Source: Candidatus Latescibacterota bacterium (GTDB lineage: Bacteria; Latescibacterota; UBA2968; GCA-2709665). Taken from it: 64,000 nucleotides of DNA. Positions 20,015-29,773 of the stretch are shown in pieces. Every line of letters starts with the position of its first letter. Position 1 is the first letter of the stretch. The notes under the pieces are model-generated. The model was given only the letters and a program-made list of their open reading frames with translations. It made no database searches and had not been told where the DNA came from. The DNA lies in assembly GCA_965222075.1 (NCBI GenBank), contig OZ244937.1, forward strand, positions 1,280,001-1,344,000, in the 5' to 3' direction. The position numbers were made by a program, and so were the translations under genes.

Positions 20015-20737
20015 GTGACGCCCGAGACCGTCTTCTATGTGAGCGGGGTGATGTGGCTGGCTGCGAGCCTTCAGGGAGTGGCGGGGTTCGGATTTATGAT
20101 GCTGGCGGTACCGGGGTTGATCCTGGGGGCGCCGGCACAGGTGGTGGTTCCGGCCCTGATCCTGACCTGGCTGCCGCTTGGAACGGTGCAGGTGGTGCAG
20201 CTCCGCGCGAATGTAGACTGGGGGCTCCTGGCCTATCTGGTGGCCAGCGCCGCGTTCGGGTTGCCCCTGGGAGCGGTCATTTTGCGGGAGACCGATACGG
20301 AGACCATGCGGCGGGGAATTGGCGGGGTGTTGGTGGCGCTGGCCCTGCTTCTTCAGATGAAGCCCGGGGTGCCGCTTCGGCGTGAGGGGGCCGCCCGGGT
20401 GGGCGCAGGGTTTATCGCCGGGGTACTGGCGTCCGGCACGTCGGTGTCCGGGCCGCCCCTGGTGCTGCTGGGGGTGAAGCAGCGGTGGCAGGCGGACCGG
20501 TTTCGGGCGACGCTGCCGGCCTATTTTCTGGCGGTCTCCGTATTGTGCCTGCCCATCCACTGGGAAATGGATTTGCTGAACCGGGCAAGTGTTCAGCTGG
20601 CGGTAAGCGGCCTGCCCGGTGTGGTCCTGGGATATGCGACGGGAATCTGGCTGAAGGGGCGGGTCGGCGAAGCGTGGTTCCGGTGGGTGGTCCTGGGGAT
20701 GGTGATGGGGGGAGGGCTGGCGGCGGTGATGCTGTGA
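20015..20737 (+). CDS. TauE/SafE (TSUP) family membrane protein
   Basis: GGAGG RBS + GTG; 'QGVAGFGF', 'SVSGPPLV' repeats. Confidence 0.88.
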   Translation: MTPETVFYVSGVMWLAASLQGVAGFGFMMLAVPGLILGAPAQVVVPALILTWLPLGTVQVVQLRANVDWGLLAYLVASAAFGLPLGAVILRETDTETMRRGIGGVLVALALLLQMKPGVPLRREGAARVGAGFIAGVLASGTSVSGPPLVLLGVKQRWQADRFRATLPAYFLAVSVLCLPIHWEMDLLNRASVQLAVSGLPGVVLGYATGIWLKGRVGEAWFRWVVLGMVMGGGLAAVML

Positions 20738-20810
20738 AATAAGATATGGTTGTGCCACTTCACTGGAGGATCCGATGGACGCGGACATTTGGAGGGCAGG
20801 AGAAATCTCC

Positions 20811-20839
20811 TTGACATCCGGCAGGAAAAACCGTACATT
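20811..20839 (+). promoter_or_regulatory. sigma70 promoter
   Basis: TTGACA-N17-TACATT. Confidence 0.75.
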
Positions 20840-20845
20840 TTAACT

Positions 20846-21339
20846 TGAATCGAGAACCGATGTGATGTGCGGCAGCCATCCGAAAAGGTTCGGGTTTCGG
20901 CCGGGCGGTTTGCGTTACATGCATGCTTTGTCAGAGCTTTCGCTGACGGGAATCCAAATTCCAAAAGATGTGGATGGCGCAGGCCAAAGGCCTGATTGAA
21001 CAGAACCGCGGATGGGAGTTGCGGGCCGTGTGAACCTGCGATAGGAGGGGAATATGCCACCGGACAGGTTTGTGCGGCCGCGATGCGATGAGAGGTATCA
21101 GGAGTTTCATCGCGGCCGTTGAAACAAGGAGGTCATATGCAGTCGGCTGGATTTGTGCGGCCGCGACGGTGGTGAGCAGGGTTGTTCTTCGTCGCGGCCG
21201 TAGCGTTTTTCCAGCAGATATTCAGACGCTGATACGGCTGGCGGACGTGTGGAATCAACCCCGGGGGAGTATCAGCATCTGCCGAAATAGCCGACCGCCT
21301 GGGCTGAGGTAGCGATGCGTCCGGGCGGTTTTGTTCTTT
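20846..21339 (+). ncRNA. Putative structured RNA / long leader with tandem sORF-hairpin units
   Basis: Between promoter and terminator-like stem; multiple hairpins; two 83-bp units with a compensatory base change. Confidence 0.5.
21293..21339 (+). terminator. Intrinsic terminator/attenuator candidate
   Basis: 12-bp stem GACCGCCTGGGC/GTCCGGGCGGTT (3 G-U pairs) followed by TTGTTCTTT. Confidence 0.55.
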
Positions 21340-21388
21340 GTGAAGAAAGAAAGATGATCCACGATAATTCGGTGAGGGGAGGACGTGC

Positions 21389-22351
21389 ATGAAAATTGTA
21401 CTGTACCCACCGGTGAGCGAGGACCTGTATGAGCGGGTGCGGCAAACAGCGCCTGAGGCCGAGGTGATGATGGCGGATGAGGAGAACGTCATTGCGGCTG
21501 TGGCCGATGCGGAGGTGCTGTTCGGATTTTTTTCAAAGGAGGAGATCCAGGCTGCACAAAGGCTGAAGTGGATCCAGTCCACCAGCGCAGGGATGGAGAA
21601 GCAGCTCGATATTCCGGAGGTCCGGGACAGCGATGTGATCATCTGCAGCGCCAGCGGCCTGCACGCGATTCAGGTGGCCGAGCACGCCTGGGCGCTGACG
21701 GCGGCGCTCTTCCGCGGCCTGTACGTCTTTTTTCGGAACCAGCTTGCGCACCGGTGGCAGGGGGCCCCGCTGGCGGACCTGTACGGCGCAACGGCCGGCA
21801 TTGTGGGATTCGGGGGGATCGGCCGGCAGTACGCGCAGCGGGCGCAGGCTTTCAGGATGCGCATCCTGGCCGTGGACGTCCAGGGGGGAGACAAACCGGC
21901 GTTTGTGGAGTCGCTGTGGGGGATCGACCGCTTGGACGATCTGCTGAAGGAGGCGGATGTGGTATGCTTAGCCTGCCCGCACACACCGGAGACGGAGAAG
22001 CTGATCGACGCGAGGGCGCTGAAGCTGATGAAGAAGACGGCGTTCCTGGTCAATACGGCGCGGGGACCGGTCGTGGATGAGGCCGCGCTTATCGAGGCCC
22101 TGAAGGCGGGGGAGATCGCGGGTGCGGGGCTGGATGTGTTCGAGGTGGAGCCGCTGCCTGCGGAGAGCCCGCTGTGGGATATGGAGAATGTGATCGTTAC
22201 CACCCACTCGGCCGGCGGATCGAGCTACCGCCACCGGCGGACGGTGGAATTTTTCTGCGAGAACCTGAAACGCTACCTGGCCGGCGAACCGCTCCTGAAC
22301 GAGGTGGACAAGACGCTCGGGTATCCCCTGCTGGACCGGCGGGCACAATAA
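21389..22351 (+). CDS. D-2-hydroxyacid dehydrogenase (SerA/GhrA-like)
   Basis: 'GIVGFGGIG', 'VNTARG', 'GAGLDVFEVEPL', 'TTHSAG'. Confidence 0.92.
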   Translation: MKIVLYPPVSEDLYERVRQTAPEAEVMMADEENVIAAVADAEVLFGFFSKEEIQAAQRLKWIQSTSAGMEKQLDIPEVRDSDVIICSASGLHAIQVAEHAWALTAALFRGLYVFFRNQLAHRWQGAPLADLYGATAGIVGFGGIGRQYAQRAQAFRMRILAVDVQGGDKPAFVESLWGIDRLDDLLKEADVVCLACPHTPETEKLIDARALKLMKKTAFLVNTARGPVVDEAALIEALKAGEIAGAGLDVFEVEPLPAESPLWDMENVIVTTHSAGGSSYRHRRTVEFFCENLKRYLAGEPLLNEVDKTLGYPLLDRRAQ

Positions 22352-22412
22352 GAAGCTTATTCCTGGCATTAACATGTAGTAAATCCAAGCAAGCAAGATA
22401 AGGTGGTATTTT

Positions 22413-23741
22413 GTGGCTGAGATCAGGCCCTTTCGGGGCATCCGCTACGACACCGACCGGGTGGGAGACGCAGGACGGGTGGTCGCCCCCCCGTACGATG
22501 TGATTGACGATGCGCTGCAGCAGGCGCTTTATGAGACGCATCCGAACAATGTGGTGCGGATTATCCGGGGTCGGGACGAGGCGGGTGACTCCGACGCGAA
22601 CAACCGCTACACCCGGGCGGCCGAGGCGTTTCGGGACTGGCAGACGGAGGGGGTGCTTCGGCGGGACGAGGAGGAGGGGATCTACCTCTACGCGCAGGAT
22701 TTCGAGGCGATCACACCGGCCGGGCCGGTCCCCAAGTCCCGGCTGGGGATTGTGACGCTGGTCCGGGTGGAGCCGTTTGGAGAGGGATATATTCTGCCGC
22801 ACGAACATACGATGCCGGGGCCCAAGGTGGACCGCTTAGCGTTGATGCGGCATATCGGGGCGACGTGCGGACAGATCTTTTCGCTGTATTCCGACCCGGA
22901 AGGCCGGGTTCGTGATGTTTTAAAAGGGCATCTTGAGGGTGAGCCCCTGTTTGGGTTTGAGGACCGGGAGGGGGTACAGCACCGGCTCTGGCGCGTGGCC
23001 GACCGGGAAGCGATCGAGGGGGTGGCGGCGTTTCTGGCCGACAAGCCGCTTTTTATCGCAGACGGTCACCACCGCTACGAGACCGCGGTGGTCTACCGGG
23101 ACGAACGGGCGCTGGCCGAAGGGGTCGCCCCGGACGGACAGCCTTATGGGTACCGCATGCAGACGCTGGTGAATATGGACGATACGGAGGGGATGGCGAT
23201 CTACCCCATCCACCGGGTGGTGATGGACCTGGGCGCCGACGGCGTTGCCCGGCTTGAGGCGGGGCTGCAGGAGCTGTTCGACGTGGAGCGGGCGTCCCTG
23301 GGGGAGACCCGCGAGGCGCTGCGGGAACTCCGGCGAGGAGGCCGGCAACAGGTGTTCGGGTTCTGCACGGGGGAAGCGAAGGAGGTCCAGTACCTGACCC
23401 TGAAACCGTCTGTCGATCCGGCAGCGCTGGACAAAGAGGAACACTCATCGGCCTGGCGTGGGCTGAATTCGGGACTGCTGCAACTCGTCCTGGGACACAT
23501 TCTGGACCTGGATTCCGAGACACTGACCCGGGGGGAGAAGGTGAAGTTTGTGAAGGTGGAGGCGGAGGCGCTCAGCCTGCTGAAGGAGGCGCCGGACAGG
23601 GCCGGGTTTTTCCTGAATCCGGTGGATATGGCGCGGCTGCGGGAGGTGGTCTTGGCCGGCGAGCGGATGCCGCCCAAGTCGACGTTTTTCTACCCCAAGG
23701 TCTACAGCGGGCTGGTGATTCAGGATTTGAATGCGTTTTAA
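22413..23741 (+). CDS. DUF1015 family protein
   Basis: 'IRPFRG', 'PPYDVI', 'ILPHEHT', 'IADGHHRYET', 'MPPKSTFFYPK'. Confidence 0.92.
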   Translation: MAEIRPFRGIRYDTDRVGDAGRVVAPPYDVIDDALQQALYETHPNNVVRIIRGRDEAGDSDANNRYTRAAEAFRDWQTEGVLRRDEEEGIYLYAQDFEAITPAGPVPKSRLGIVTLVRVEPFGEGYILPHEHTMPGPKVDRLALMRHIGATCGQIFSLYSDPEGRVRDVLKGHLEGEPLFGFEDREGVQHRLWRVADREAIEGVAAFLADKPLFIADGHHRYETAVVYRDERALAEGVAPDGQPYGYRMQTLVNMDDTEGMAIYPIHRVVMDLGADGVARLEAGLQELFDVERASLGETREALRELRRGGRQQVFGFCTGEAKEVQYLTLKPSVDPAALDKEEHSSAWRGLNSGLLQLVLGHILDLDSETLTRGEKVKFVKVEAEALSLLKEAPDRAGFFLNPVDMARLREVVLAGERMPPKSTFFYPKVYSGLVIQDLNAF

Positions 23742-23817
23742 TTTCTTACCCGCAGGTTGCCTATGCGTCTGGTTTCGGGCCGTGTCATGCTGCCGATGCG
23801 GCCCGAGTTTTGTATCA

Positions 23818-24789
23818 TCAGATATCAATCCGGTACAGCGGCTCCAGGTCCTGGGCGATGCGGTCGACGTTTTCGGCGGCGCACCCGGCGCGTCTACGGG
23901 AGGTTTCGTAGGTGCAGCCGGCGATGTGGGGGGTGGTGATAACGTTGGGGAGCTGGTAGACGGGCGCGGTGGGGTCGGGCGGTTCGTCGGTGAAGGCGTC
24001 GATGCCTGCGCCACCGAGTTTGCCGTCGAAGAGGGCCTGGTGCAGGGCGGATTCGTCCACAAGGGCGCCCCGGGCGACGTTGACGAGACAGGCGGTCGGT
24101 TTCATAAGGGCGATCCGGCGGGCGTCGATGAGGCGGCGGGTCGCGTCGTTTACGTGCAGGTGGAGGGAGAGGTAGTCGCTTTCGGCCACCACCCGGTCGA
24201 TGTCGTCGGGCGTGCCCATCAGGTCGGGCCGGATTTCATTCAGGATTTCCGGCTCGATGGTCCGGATGTCGATGGCGAGGATGCGCATGCCGAAGGGTTT
24301 TGCGCGGCGGGCCAGTTCCTGGCCGCTGGCGCCGAATCCGATGATGCCGAGGTTCTTGCCACCCAGCTCCCATCCCAGTGGCACGTAGAGGGCGCGGGAC
24401 TGGAATTTTTCGATGCTCGGGCGGTACTGGTGGGCCAGCATGAGGATGAACATCATGGCGGTCTCGGCCAGGGCCTCACTGCTGAACTGGCCGGGGCAGT
24501 TGGCCGCCGGGATGTCTTTGGTTTTGATGTAGTCCAGGTCGAAGTGTTCAAAGCCGGTGCTCATAACCTGCCAGTGGCGGGCGTCTCTGGCGGCGTCCAT
24601 CATTTCATGCGTGCCAACGCTTCCGGCGTGGTCGATGACGACTTCAACGCCGTCGAACTGGGGGGCAAGGGGTTGGGTTTCGTCGAAGATGGACAGGTTG
24701 TGGCGGTCGCCTATGGCCTGGACGACGTCTTCGCACCAGGGGTGAAAGGCGTCTTTATCTGCAAGCAGCAGGACGTTTATTCGGCGCAT
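23818..24789 (-). CDS. D-2-hydroxyacid dehydrogenase
   Basis: 'GIIGFGASG', 'VNVARG', 'TTPHIAG'. Confidence 0.9.
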   Translation of the reverse strand: MRRINVLLLADKDAFHPWCEDVVQAIGDRHNLSIFDETQPLAPQFDGVEVVIDHAGSVGTHEMMDAARDARHWQVMSTGFEHFDLDYIKTKDIPAANCPGQFSSEALAETAMMFILMLAHQYRPSIEKFQSRALYVPLGWELGGKNLGIIGFGASGQELARRAKPFGMRILAIDIRTIEPEILNEIRPDLMGTPDDIDRVVAESDYLSLHLHVNDATRRLIDARRIALMKPTACLVNVARGALVDESALHQALFDGKLGGAGIDAFTDEPPDPTAPVYQLPNVITTPHIAGCTYETSRRRAGCAAENVDRIAQDLEPLYRIDI

Positions 24790-24815
24790 GGGTTTGTCTC
24801 CCTGGTAAAGTGGTC

Positions 24816-25991
24816 CTACAGGATCGGCAGTTCTTCGCTTGCCGGGGTGGAGAGGACCTCGTACCCCTGGTCGGTGACGAGGACGTCCTCTTCAAGCATG
24901 AAGTATGCGTCATCGGTGTACAGGGATGGTTCGACGGTGAGGACCATGCCCTCCTCCAGGCGTGACGCATCTTCAAAGGCGATGAAGGGGGGCTCGATGA
25001 TGTCGAGGCCGATGGCATGGCCGATGCCGGTAACCGCGTAGTCCGGGTAGCCCGAGGTTTTCATTTTTGCATTCGAGGCGTGGACCAGGTCGGCGATGGG
25101 GACGCCGGGCTTGATGGCAGCGATGGCTGCCTGCAGGCAGTCGTAGACGGCCCGGTAGGCCTCTTTGTGTGCCTGGCTGGCCTGAGTGAGGGCGAACATG
25201 CGGGTGTAATCGGACCAGTAGCCCCGGTAGACGCCGCCGGCGTCGTGGGCGATGAGTTCGCCTTTGGTCAGCGTGCGGTCGGTGGGGCGCCGGAGGCTGC
25301 GGTTGGAGGTCCGGATGTTGCCGGGGATGTGCGCGGCGAGGGTGATTGAGCCCGGGATTTCGCCGCCCCGGTTGAGGTGTTCAACGGCGAGCAGGCGGTG
25401 GATCTCCCGTTCGGTTATGCCCGGCCTGACCGCTTTGAAGAGGGCCTGGTAGGCCCCGTTGGTGATGGATACGGCCTTGCGGATAAGGTCCACCTCGGCG
25501 GGGGATTTGCGGGCGCGGAGCTTCCAGAACAGGGGGGAGGCGTCGATGAATTCGGCCTGGGGCAGGTCTTGCTGCAACCGGCCGAAGTCCTGGAAGGGCA
25601 TGCGCATCCACAGGACGCCGCCGAGTTCCGCGCCGATTCTGGCTTTTTCCAGTCCCAGCTCTTTGACCGCTTCGGTGATGGCGTCCACGCCCTGCAGGGT
25701 GTGCACAGCCGGGAAGGTACGGATGGTCTCGATCCAGGAGTCCTCCGCGCACATGCCGGCTTCGATGGGGGGCACGATCAGGACGGGTTCCTTTTCTAAG
25801 GGCAGGAGGGCAAAAATGGCCGTATATTTGTGCGTCCAGCGGTGGGACGCATGGCCGGTGAAGTAGCGGTGGTTGGCGTCGGTGGTGATCAGTACGGCGT
25901 CCATCCCGTTCTCTGCCATCCGTTCTCTCAGACCGGTTATGCGGCGTTCGTATTCTTCGGGCGCAAAATCGGATAGATCATCCGTAAGCAT
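24816..25991 (-). CDS. M24 (Xaa-Pro peptidase/creatinase-like) family protein
   Basis: 'RARKSPAE', 'GYWSDYTR', 'GHAIGL', 'VLTVEP', 'LEEDVLVT'. Confidence 0.9.
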   Translation of the reverse strand: MLTDDLSDFAPEEYERRITGLRERMAENGMDAVLITTDANHRYFTGHASHRWTHKYTAIFALLPLEKEPVLIVPPIEAGMCAEDSWIETIRTFPAVHTLQGVDAITEAVKELGLEKARIGAELGGVLWMRMPFQDFGRLQQDLPQAEFIDASPLFWKLRARKSPAEVDLIRKAVSITNGAYQALFKAVRPGITEREIHRLLAVEHLNRGGEIPGSITLAAHIPGNIRTSNRSLRRPTDRTLTKGELIAHDAGGVYRGYWSDYTRMFALTQASQAHKEAYRAVYDCLQAAIAAIKPGVPIADLVHASNAKMKTSGYPDYAVTGIGHAIGLDIIEPPFIAFEDASRLEEGMVLTVEPSLYTDDAYFMLEEDVLVTDQGYEVLSTPASEELPIL

Positions 25992-26127
25992 GTGCGTTCT
26001 CCTTCACGATTTGAGGCGATCCGTAGACCTCCGGCCACGCCCGGTGCTGCAGGAAGATGTATTCATCGATGCATTTCCGGTTCGGGTCGATGGCGCCGAC
26101 GACCAGCGTCATCAGGTAGAGGGCATC
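25979..26127 (-). pseudogene. 3' remnant of a gene formerly upstream of the M24 gene
   Basis: Open, codon-biased frame DALYLMTLVVGAIDPNRKCIDEYIFLQHRAWPEVYGSPQIVKENAHAYG* ending over the M24 start; cut at the EamA start. Confidence 0.45.
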
Positions 26128-26129
26128 CT

Positions 26130-26978
26130 ATGACGCTGGATGTATTCGCTCTGGTTCTGATTGCGGCTGTCCTGCATGCCCTGTGGAACTTTGCCGCCAG
26201 GAAGGCGGCGGGAAATTTGGGCGTGCTGTGGCTGGGCATATGGCTTGCAAGCGTTGTCTGCCTGCCGTTTGCATTATCCGTTCAGCCGTCCGCCGCATCC
26301 ATCCGGCTGGCGTCACCCTATATGGTCGCTACCGGTATAATCCACTGTTTCTATTATCTCTTTATGTGGAAGGCTTACGAAAAGGGGGAAATCTCTTTTG
26401 TCTATCCGATCGCCCGCGGCACCGGGGTGGTGGGGACGGCGGTGGCGGCCGGCATTTTTATTCATGAGCAGCTTTCGTTATTTGGCATTATCGGTATCGC
26501 TGCCATCTCTCTGGGCGTCCTGTCGCTGGGCCTGAATGAATTCGTGTCGCAAAAGAATATTAAGACAGGCCTTTTTGCATTGCTCCTTGGCGCTACGATT
26601 ATCGGCTATTCTGTCATCGATAAGGTGGGAGTCGGAAAAATTCATCCAATTTTCTATATTTTCTCGATGTTTGTCATCGCTTCGCTGGGTCTGTCGCCCT
26701 ATGTACTGCTTCGTCACAGAGACGCGTGTAGAGATGCATGGAGGACCATGAAGAAATACATCATCCTGATCGGTCCGGGTTCTATGGCCACGTATATCAT
26801 CATTCTTTTCACTTATAAAATCGGTCAGGTGAGTTATATTGTTGCCGTTCGAGAGTTTTCCGTGGTGGTCGGTTCGGCCCTGGGATTTCTCCTGCTGGGG
26901 GAACGGCTTACGCCTGGGAAATGCCTGGGAATAGCAGCGATTACCTTTGGTCTGGTTATGGTGAAGCTGGCGCAGTAG
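26130..26978 (+). CDS. EamA/DMT transporter
   Basis: 'AAVLHALWN', 'GEISFVYPIARG', 'YSVIDK', 'AVREFSVV'; visibly lower GC than neighbours. Confidence 0.9.
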   Translation: MTLDVFALVLIAAVLHALWNFAARKAAGNLGVLWLGIWLASVVCLPFALSVQPSAASIRLASPYMVATGIIHCFYYLFMWKAYEKGEISFVYPIARGTGVVGTAVAAGIFIHEQLSLFGIIGIAAISLGVLSLGLNEFVSQKNIKTGLFALLLGATIIGYSVIDKVGVGKIHPIFYIFSMFVIASLGLSPYVLLRHRDACRDAWRTMKKYIILIGPGSMATYIIILFTYKIGQVSYIVAVREFSVVVGSALGFLLLGERLTPGKCLGIAAITFGLVMVKLAQ

Positions 26979-27153
26979 ATGTGCAAGATAGGTGAGCGAT
27001 GGGAGGGCGTCAAGGAGTGAATCGTCCGGTCAGCCTCATCGCACAGGACGAGATTTCGCTTTACACTTTGGTTCAACGCACATATCTTTTTTCAATCCTG
27101 AACGTTCATTTTACCGCAGAGACGCAAATATCGCAGAGAAAGGCGAAGACCGG

Positions 27154-29715
27154 GTGTCGATTTTTGTGGTTCCTTTTTCCCGTCTGAACCTCTTCGGGCT
27201 GGGGGAACAGGAGGCGTGCCTCTCCCGGGGGGCGGAGGTGATTGTGCGGGCGCTCCGGTTGTTGGAGACGCGGCAGGATTTCCACTTTCTGCTGGAGGAC
27301 CTGGCCCCCGTCGATTATTTCCTGAAGGCCCATCCGGAGGACCTGGAGCGGATCAGGGCGCAGATCGCCGAGGGCCGCCTGGAGGTGGGGGCGACGTGGA
27401 CGGGGATCGGTCAGAATCTGCAGATCGGTGAAGACCTGGTGCGCAATCTGCTCTACGGGAAGGGGTATGCTTCGGAGGTGCTGGGGGCCGATTCTCCAAC
27501 GGCTCACCTGGGAGATGCCCCTGGTTGGACGCCGCAGTATCCGCAGATTGCCCGGAAATGCGGCGTGACGCATGCGGTGTTTACGCGGTGCGGGCCCCGC
27601 GACAGGATGCTGTTCGCCTGGGAGGGGCTGGATGGGTCAAAGGTGCGGGTCTGGCACGCGCCTGGGGGTTGTGATCTGCTCTGGGATGCGGTGCGGGGAG
27701 AACCCGCAAAGCGCAGAAAGCGCAACCGGGAGATTGCAGCAACACGGGAACAGGTTGCAGGCCTGCTGCCGGTCCACTGGGGCGGGGCGTTGACCCAGAT
27801 GTCGGAAGAGGCCCTGGAGGACCTGGCCATGTGGGCGGAAGGGGAAGAGGTGGAGGTGATTCTGGGGACGCCAGGCGGTTATTTTCAGAGAGAGGACGCC
27901 GCCGGAGATCGGTCCGTGCTGAGCGGGGAGGCGCCGTCGGTGCAGCCGTTTGTAGAGTCGCTCTTTCCGGGGGTGACGCCGCACCATACCCCAGCAGTGC
28001 ACGGCCTGCTCCGGGCAGAACAGATGGCTGCAGCCGCGAACCTGATCTGCGGGTTTCCCTATCCGGGAGCGGCTTTGAAGGCGGCCTGGCTGTGGCAGCT
28101 TGAGGCGATGGAGACCCATTTTGACGGGGCCGGCGCAGGCGATGCCTTGGCGCGCAAACGGCGGCATCAGCAGATGGCCATCTGGACGGCAGAGGAGGTC
28201 TGCCGGGGGGCGGAACGGGCGGTTGCCGAGCGGGTGGCTGCCGGCGACGGGCCGCCGGGCACCCTCCCGCTTGTGGTGTTCAATCCGTTGTCGTGGACGC
28301 GAACGGATGTCGCGGAGGCCCAGGTGACCTTTTACGGGGAGGAGGATGCGACCGATTTCAGCCGATATGAGATGTATAAAATCGTCGATGCGTCCGGCGA
28401 GACGGTCCTGTTTCAGGAACTGGTGGGCGGGCAGACGGTGACGGCGGAGATGCGGTTGGTTTTTGTAGCGTCGGAGGTGCCGGCCAACGGGTACGCAACC
28501 TATTACCTGGTGCCGAACGTCCCGGAGTCGGCGCAGTTGGTGGGCATCCAGGCACGAGGGATGATGGCCCCGGAGTTTCCGGAGCCGCGGTTTGTGGTGG
28601 ACGATGTGGAAGACCGGGTGTCGGAGCCCTACCGGGGGGTGCGCATCGGGCGGCGGTTTACGAATACGTTTTACGGTTTGGAGGTGGATGAAATCACCGG
28701 GCGGGTGATCCTGACCGACCGGCGGCTGGACCGGGCGCTGATGGAGGGGATGCACCTGGTGGGGTGGGAGGAGTCGATGCGCGAAGGGCTGACCCAGTAC
28801 GATTATACCGGCCGGCGGTTCGAGATGGAGGTGGACCGGGTGGACCTGGAGGAGAGCGGCGAGGTGCGCGCCACGCTGCTGGTGGCCGGCCGTCTCCTGA
28901 CGTCGCCCTTTGAACTGCGGTTCCGGCTCTACGGGGCGCTGGATCGGGTGGATGTGGAGCTTCGGCTCCACTGGCAGGATACCAAGCCGGTCCGGGTGCA
29001 AATGGTGTTTCCGGTGGACCTGGAGAAGGCCGATGTTCGATACGGGGTGCCCTACGGGCACACTATGCCGGGGGGTATGATGCCAGGGTGCGAGCCCTAC
29101 CGGGAGGGTGACATGCAGGCGGGGACCTGGGGGAAGCAGCGGGAGTGCCAGGGGTGGATCGCTTTGGATTGGGAAAATGGAGGGGTGGTGCTGGCCGCCG
29201 ATCGGCGGGCGTTCGAGTTTGAGGGAGGGGATGTCCGGGGGGATGTCCTGCGGTCCTGCATTGATCCGGCTTCATACGCTTACAAGCGGGTCTGGCGCAC
29301 CTATCCGGAGGTGTGCGCCTGCCGGTATTCGATCCGGGGGTATGCAGGCGATTTTCGGACCGCCACAGCGCATCGGGACGGCTGGGCGTTGAACCAGGGG
29401 CTGCATGTGCGGAGTGTGTACGGTAGGGACTCGTCCAGGCACCTTCCCGACCGGCTTAGCTTCGTCCGGCTGGAAGGGCCGGGGCTGGTGACCACGGTAC
29501 TCAAACCTGCCGAAGATGGAGAGGGTTGTGTGCTGCGGGCCTTTGAGACGCTGGGGCAGCCCTGCGAGGCGCAGCTGACGGCCTGTTGTGAGATCTTATC
29601 GGCCAGGGAGGCCGATCTTCTGGAACGGCCAACGGGAAATCTGGACCCGGGGGCTGTCCGGTTCGATCCGTTTGAGATCAAGACCATCCGGCTTGTGCTG
29701 AGGAAGGCGCGATGA
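27154..29715 (+). CDS. Glycoside hydrolase family 38 (alpha-mannosidase)-like protein, degenerate Zn motif; start uncertain (frame open from 26992)
   Basis: 'GEDLVRNLLYG', 'HLGDAPG.TPQYPQI', 'F.WEGLDGS', 'VVFNPLSWTR', 'LKPAEDG', 'PFEIKT'. Confidence 0.8.
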   Translation: MSIFVVPFSRLNLFGLGEQEACLSRGAEVIVRALRLLETRQDFHFLLEDLAPVDYFLKAHPEDLERIRAQIAEGRLEVGATWTGIGQNLQIGEDLVRNLLYGKGYASEVLGADSPTAHLGDAPGWTPQYPQIARKCGVTHAVFTRCGPRDRMLFAWEGLDGSKVRVWHAPGGCDLLWDAVRGEPAKRRKRNREIAATREQVAGLLPVHWGGALTQMSEEALEDLAMWAEGEEVEVILGTPGGYFQREDAAGDRSVLSGEAPSVQPFVESLFPGVTPHHTPAVHGLLRAEQMAAAANLICGFPYPGAALKAAWLWQLEAMETHFDGAGAGDALARKRRHQQMAIWTAEEVCRGAERAVAERVAAGDGPPGTLPLVVFNPLSWTRTDVAEAQVTFYGEEDATDFSRYEMYKIVDASGETVLFQELVGGQTVTAEMRLVFVASEVPANGYATYYLVPNVPESAQLVGIQARGMMAPEFPEPRFVVDDVEDRVSEPYRGVRIGRRFTNTFYGLEVDEITGRVILTDRRLDRALMEGMHLVGWEESMREGLTQYDYTGRRFEMEVDRVDLEESGEVRATLLVAGRLLTSPFELRFRLYGALDRVDVELRLHWQDTKPVRVQMVFPVDLEKADVRYGVPYGHTMPGGMMPGCEPYREGDMQAGTWGKQRECQGWIALDWENGGVVLAADRRAFEFEGGDVRGDVLRSCIDPASYAYKRVWRTYPEVCACRYSIRGYAGDFRTATAHRDGWALNQGLHVRSVYGRDSSRHLPDRLSFVRLEGPGLVTTVLKPAEDGEGCVLRAFETLGQPCEAQLTACCEILSAREADLLERPTGNLDPGAVRFDPFEIKTIRLVLRKAR

Positions 29716-29773
29716 AGGCCAAATTGGAGGGCTGAGGACGTAGAGAAAACCAGGTATTTAAGGGAGGTATGGC

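Noticed and set aside
18614-20788. N-terminal 725 aa of the 957-aa ORF
   Set aside because: Overlaps the MFS gene in another frame and TauE antisense; low-complexity P/R/H content; only the GT2 part is real
21173-21175. TGA of second micro-ORF as selenocysteine
   Set aside because: No recognisable SECIS or redox motif; readthrough gives nothing meaningful
21043-21205. CRISPR array or integron attC interpretation of the tandem hairpins
   Set aside because: Only two clear units; the variable part lies inside the stem; no cas or intI genes; no RYYYAAC/GTTRRRY boxes
25127-25140. CTGCCTGCAGGCAG palindrome in M24 gene
   Set aside because: Lacks full arms and core, and encodes ordinary helix residues
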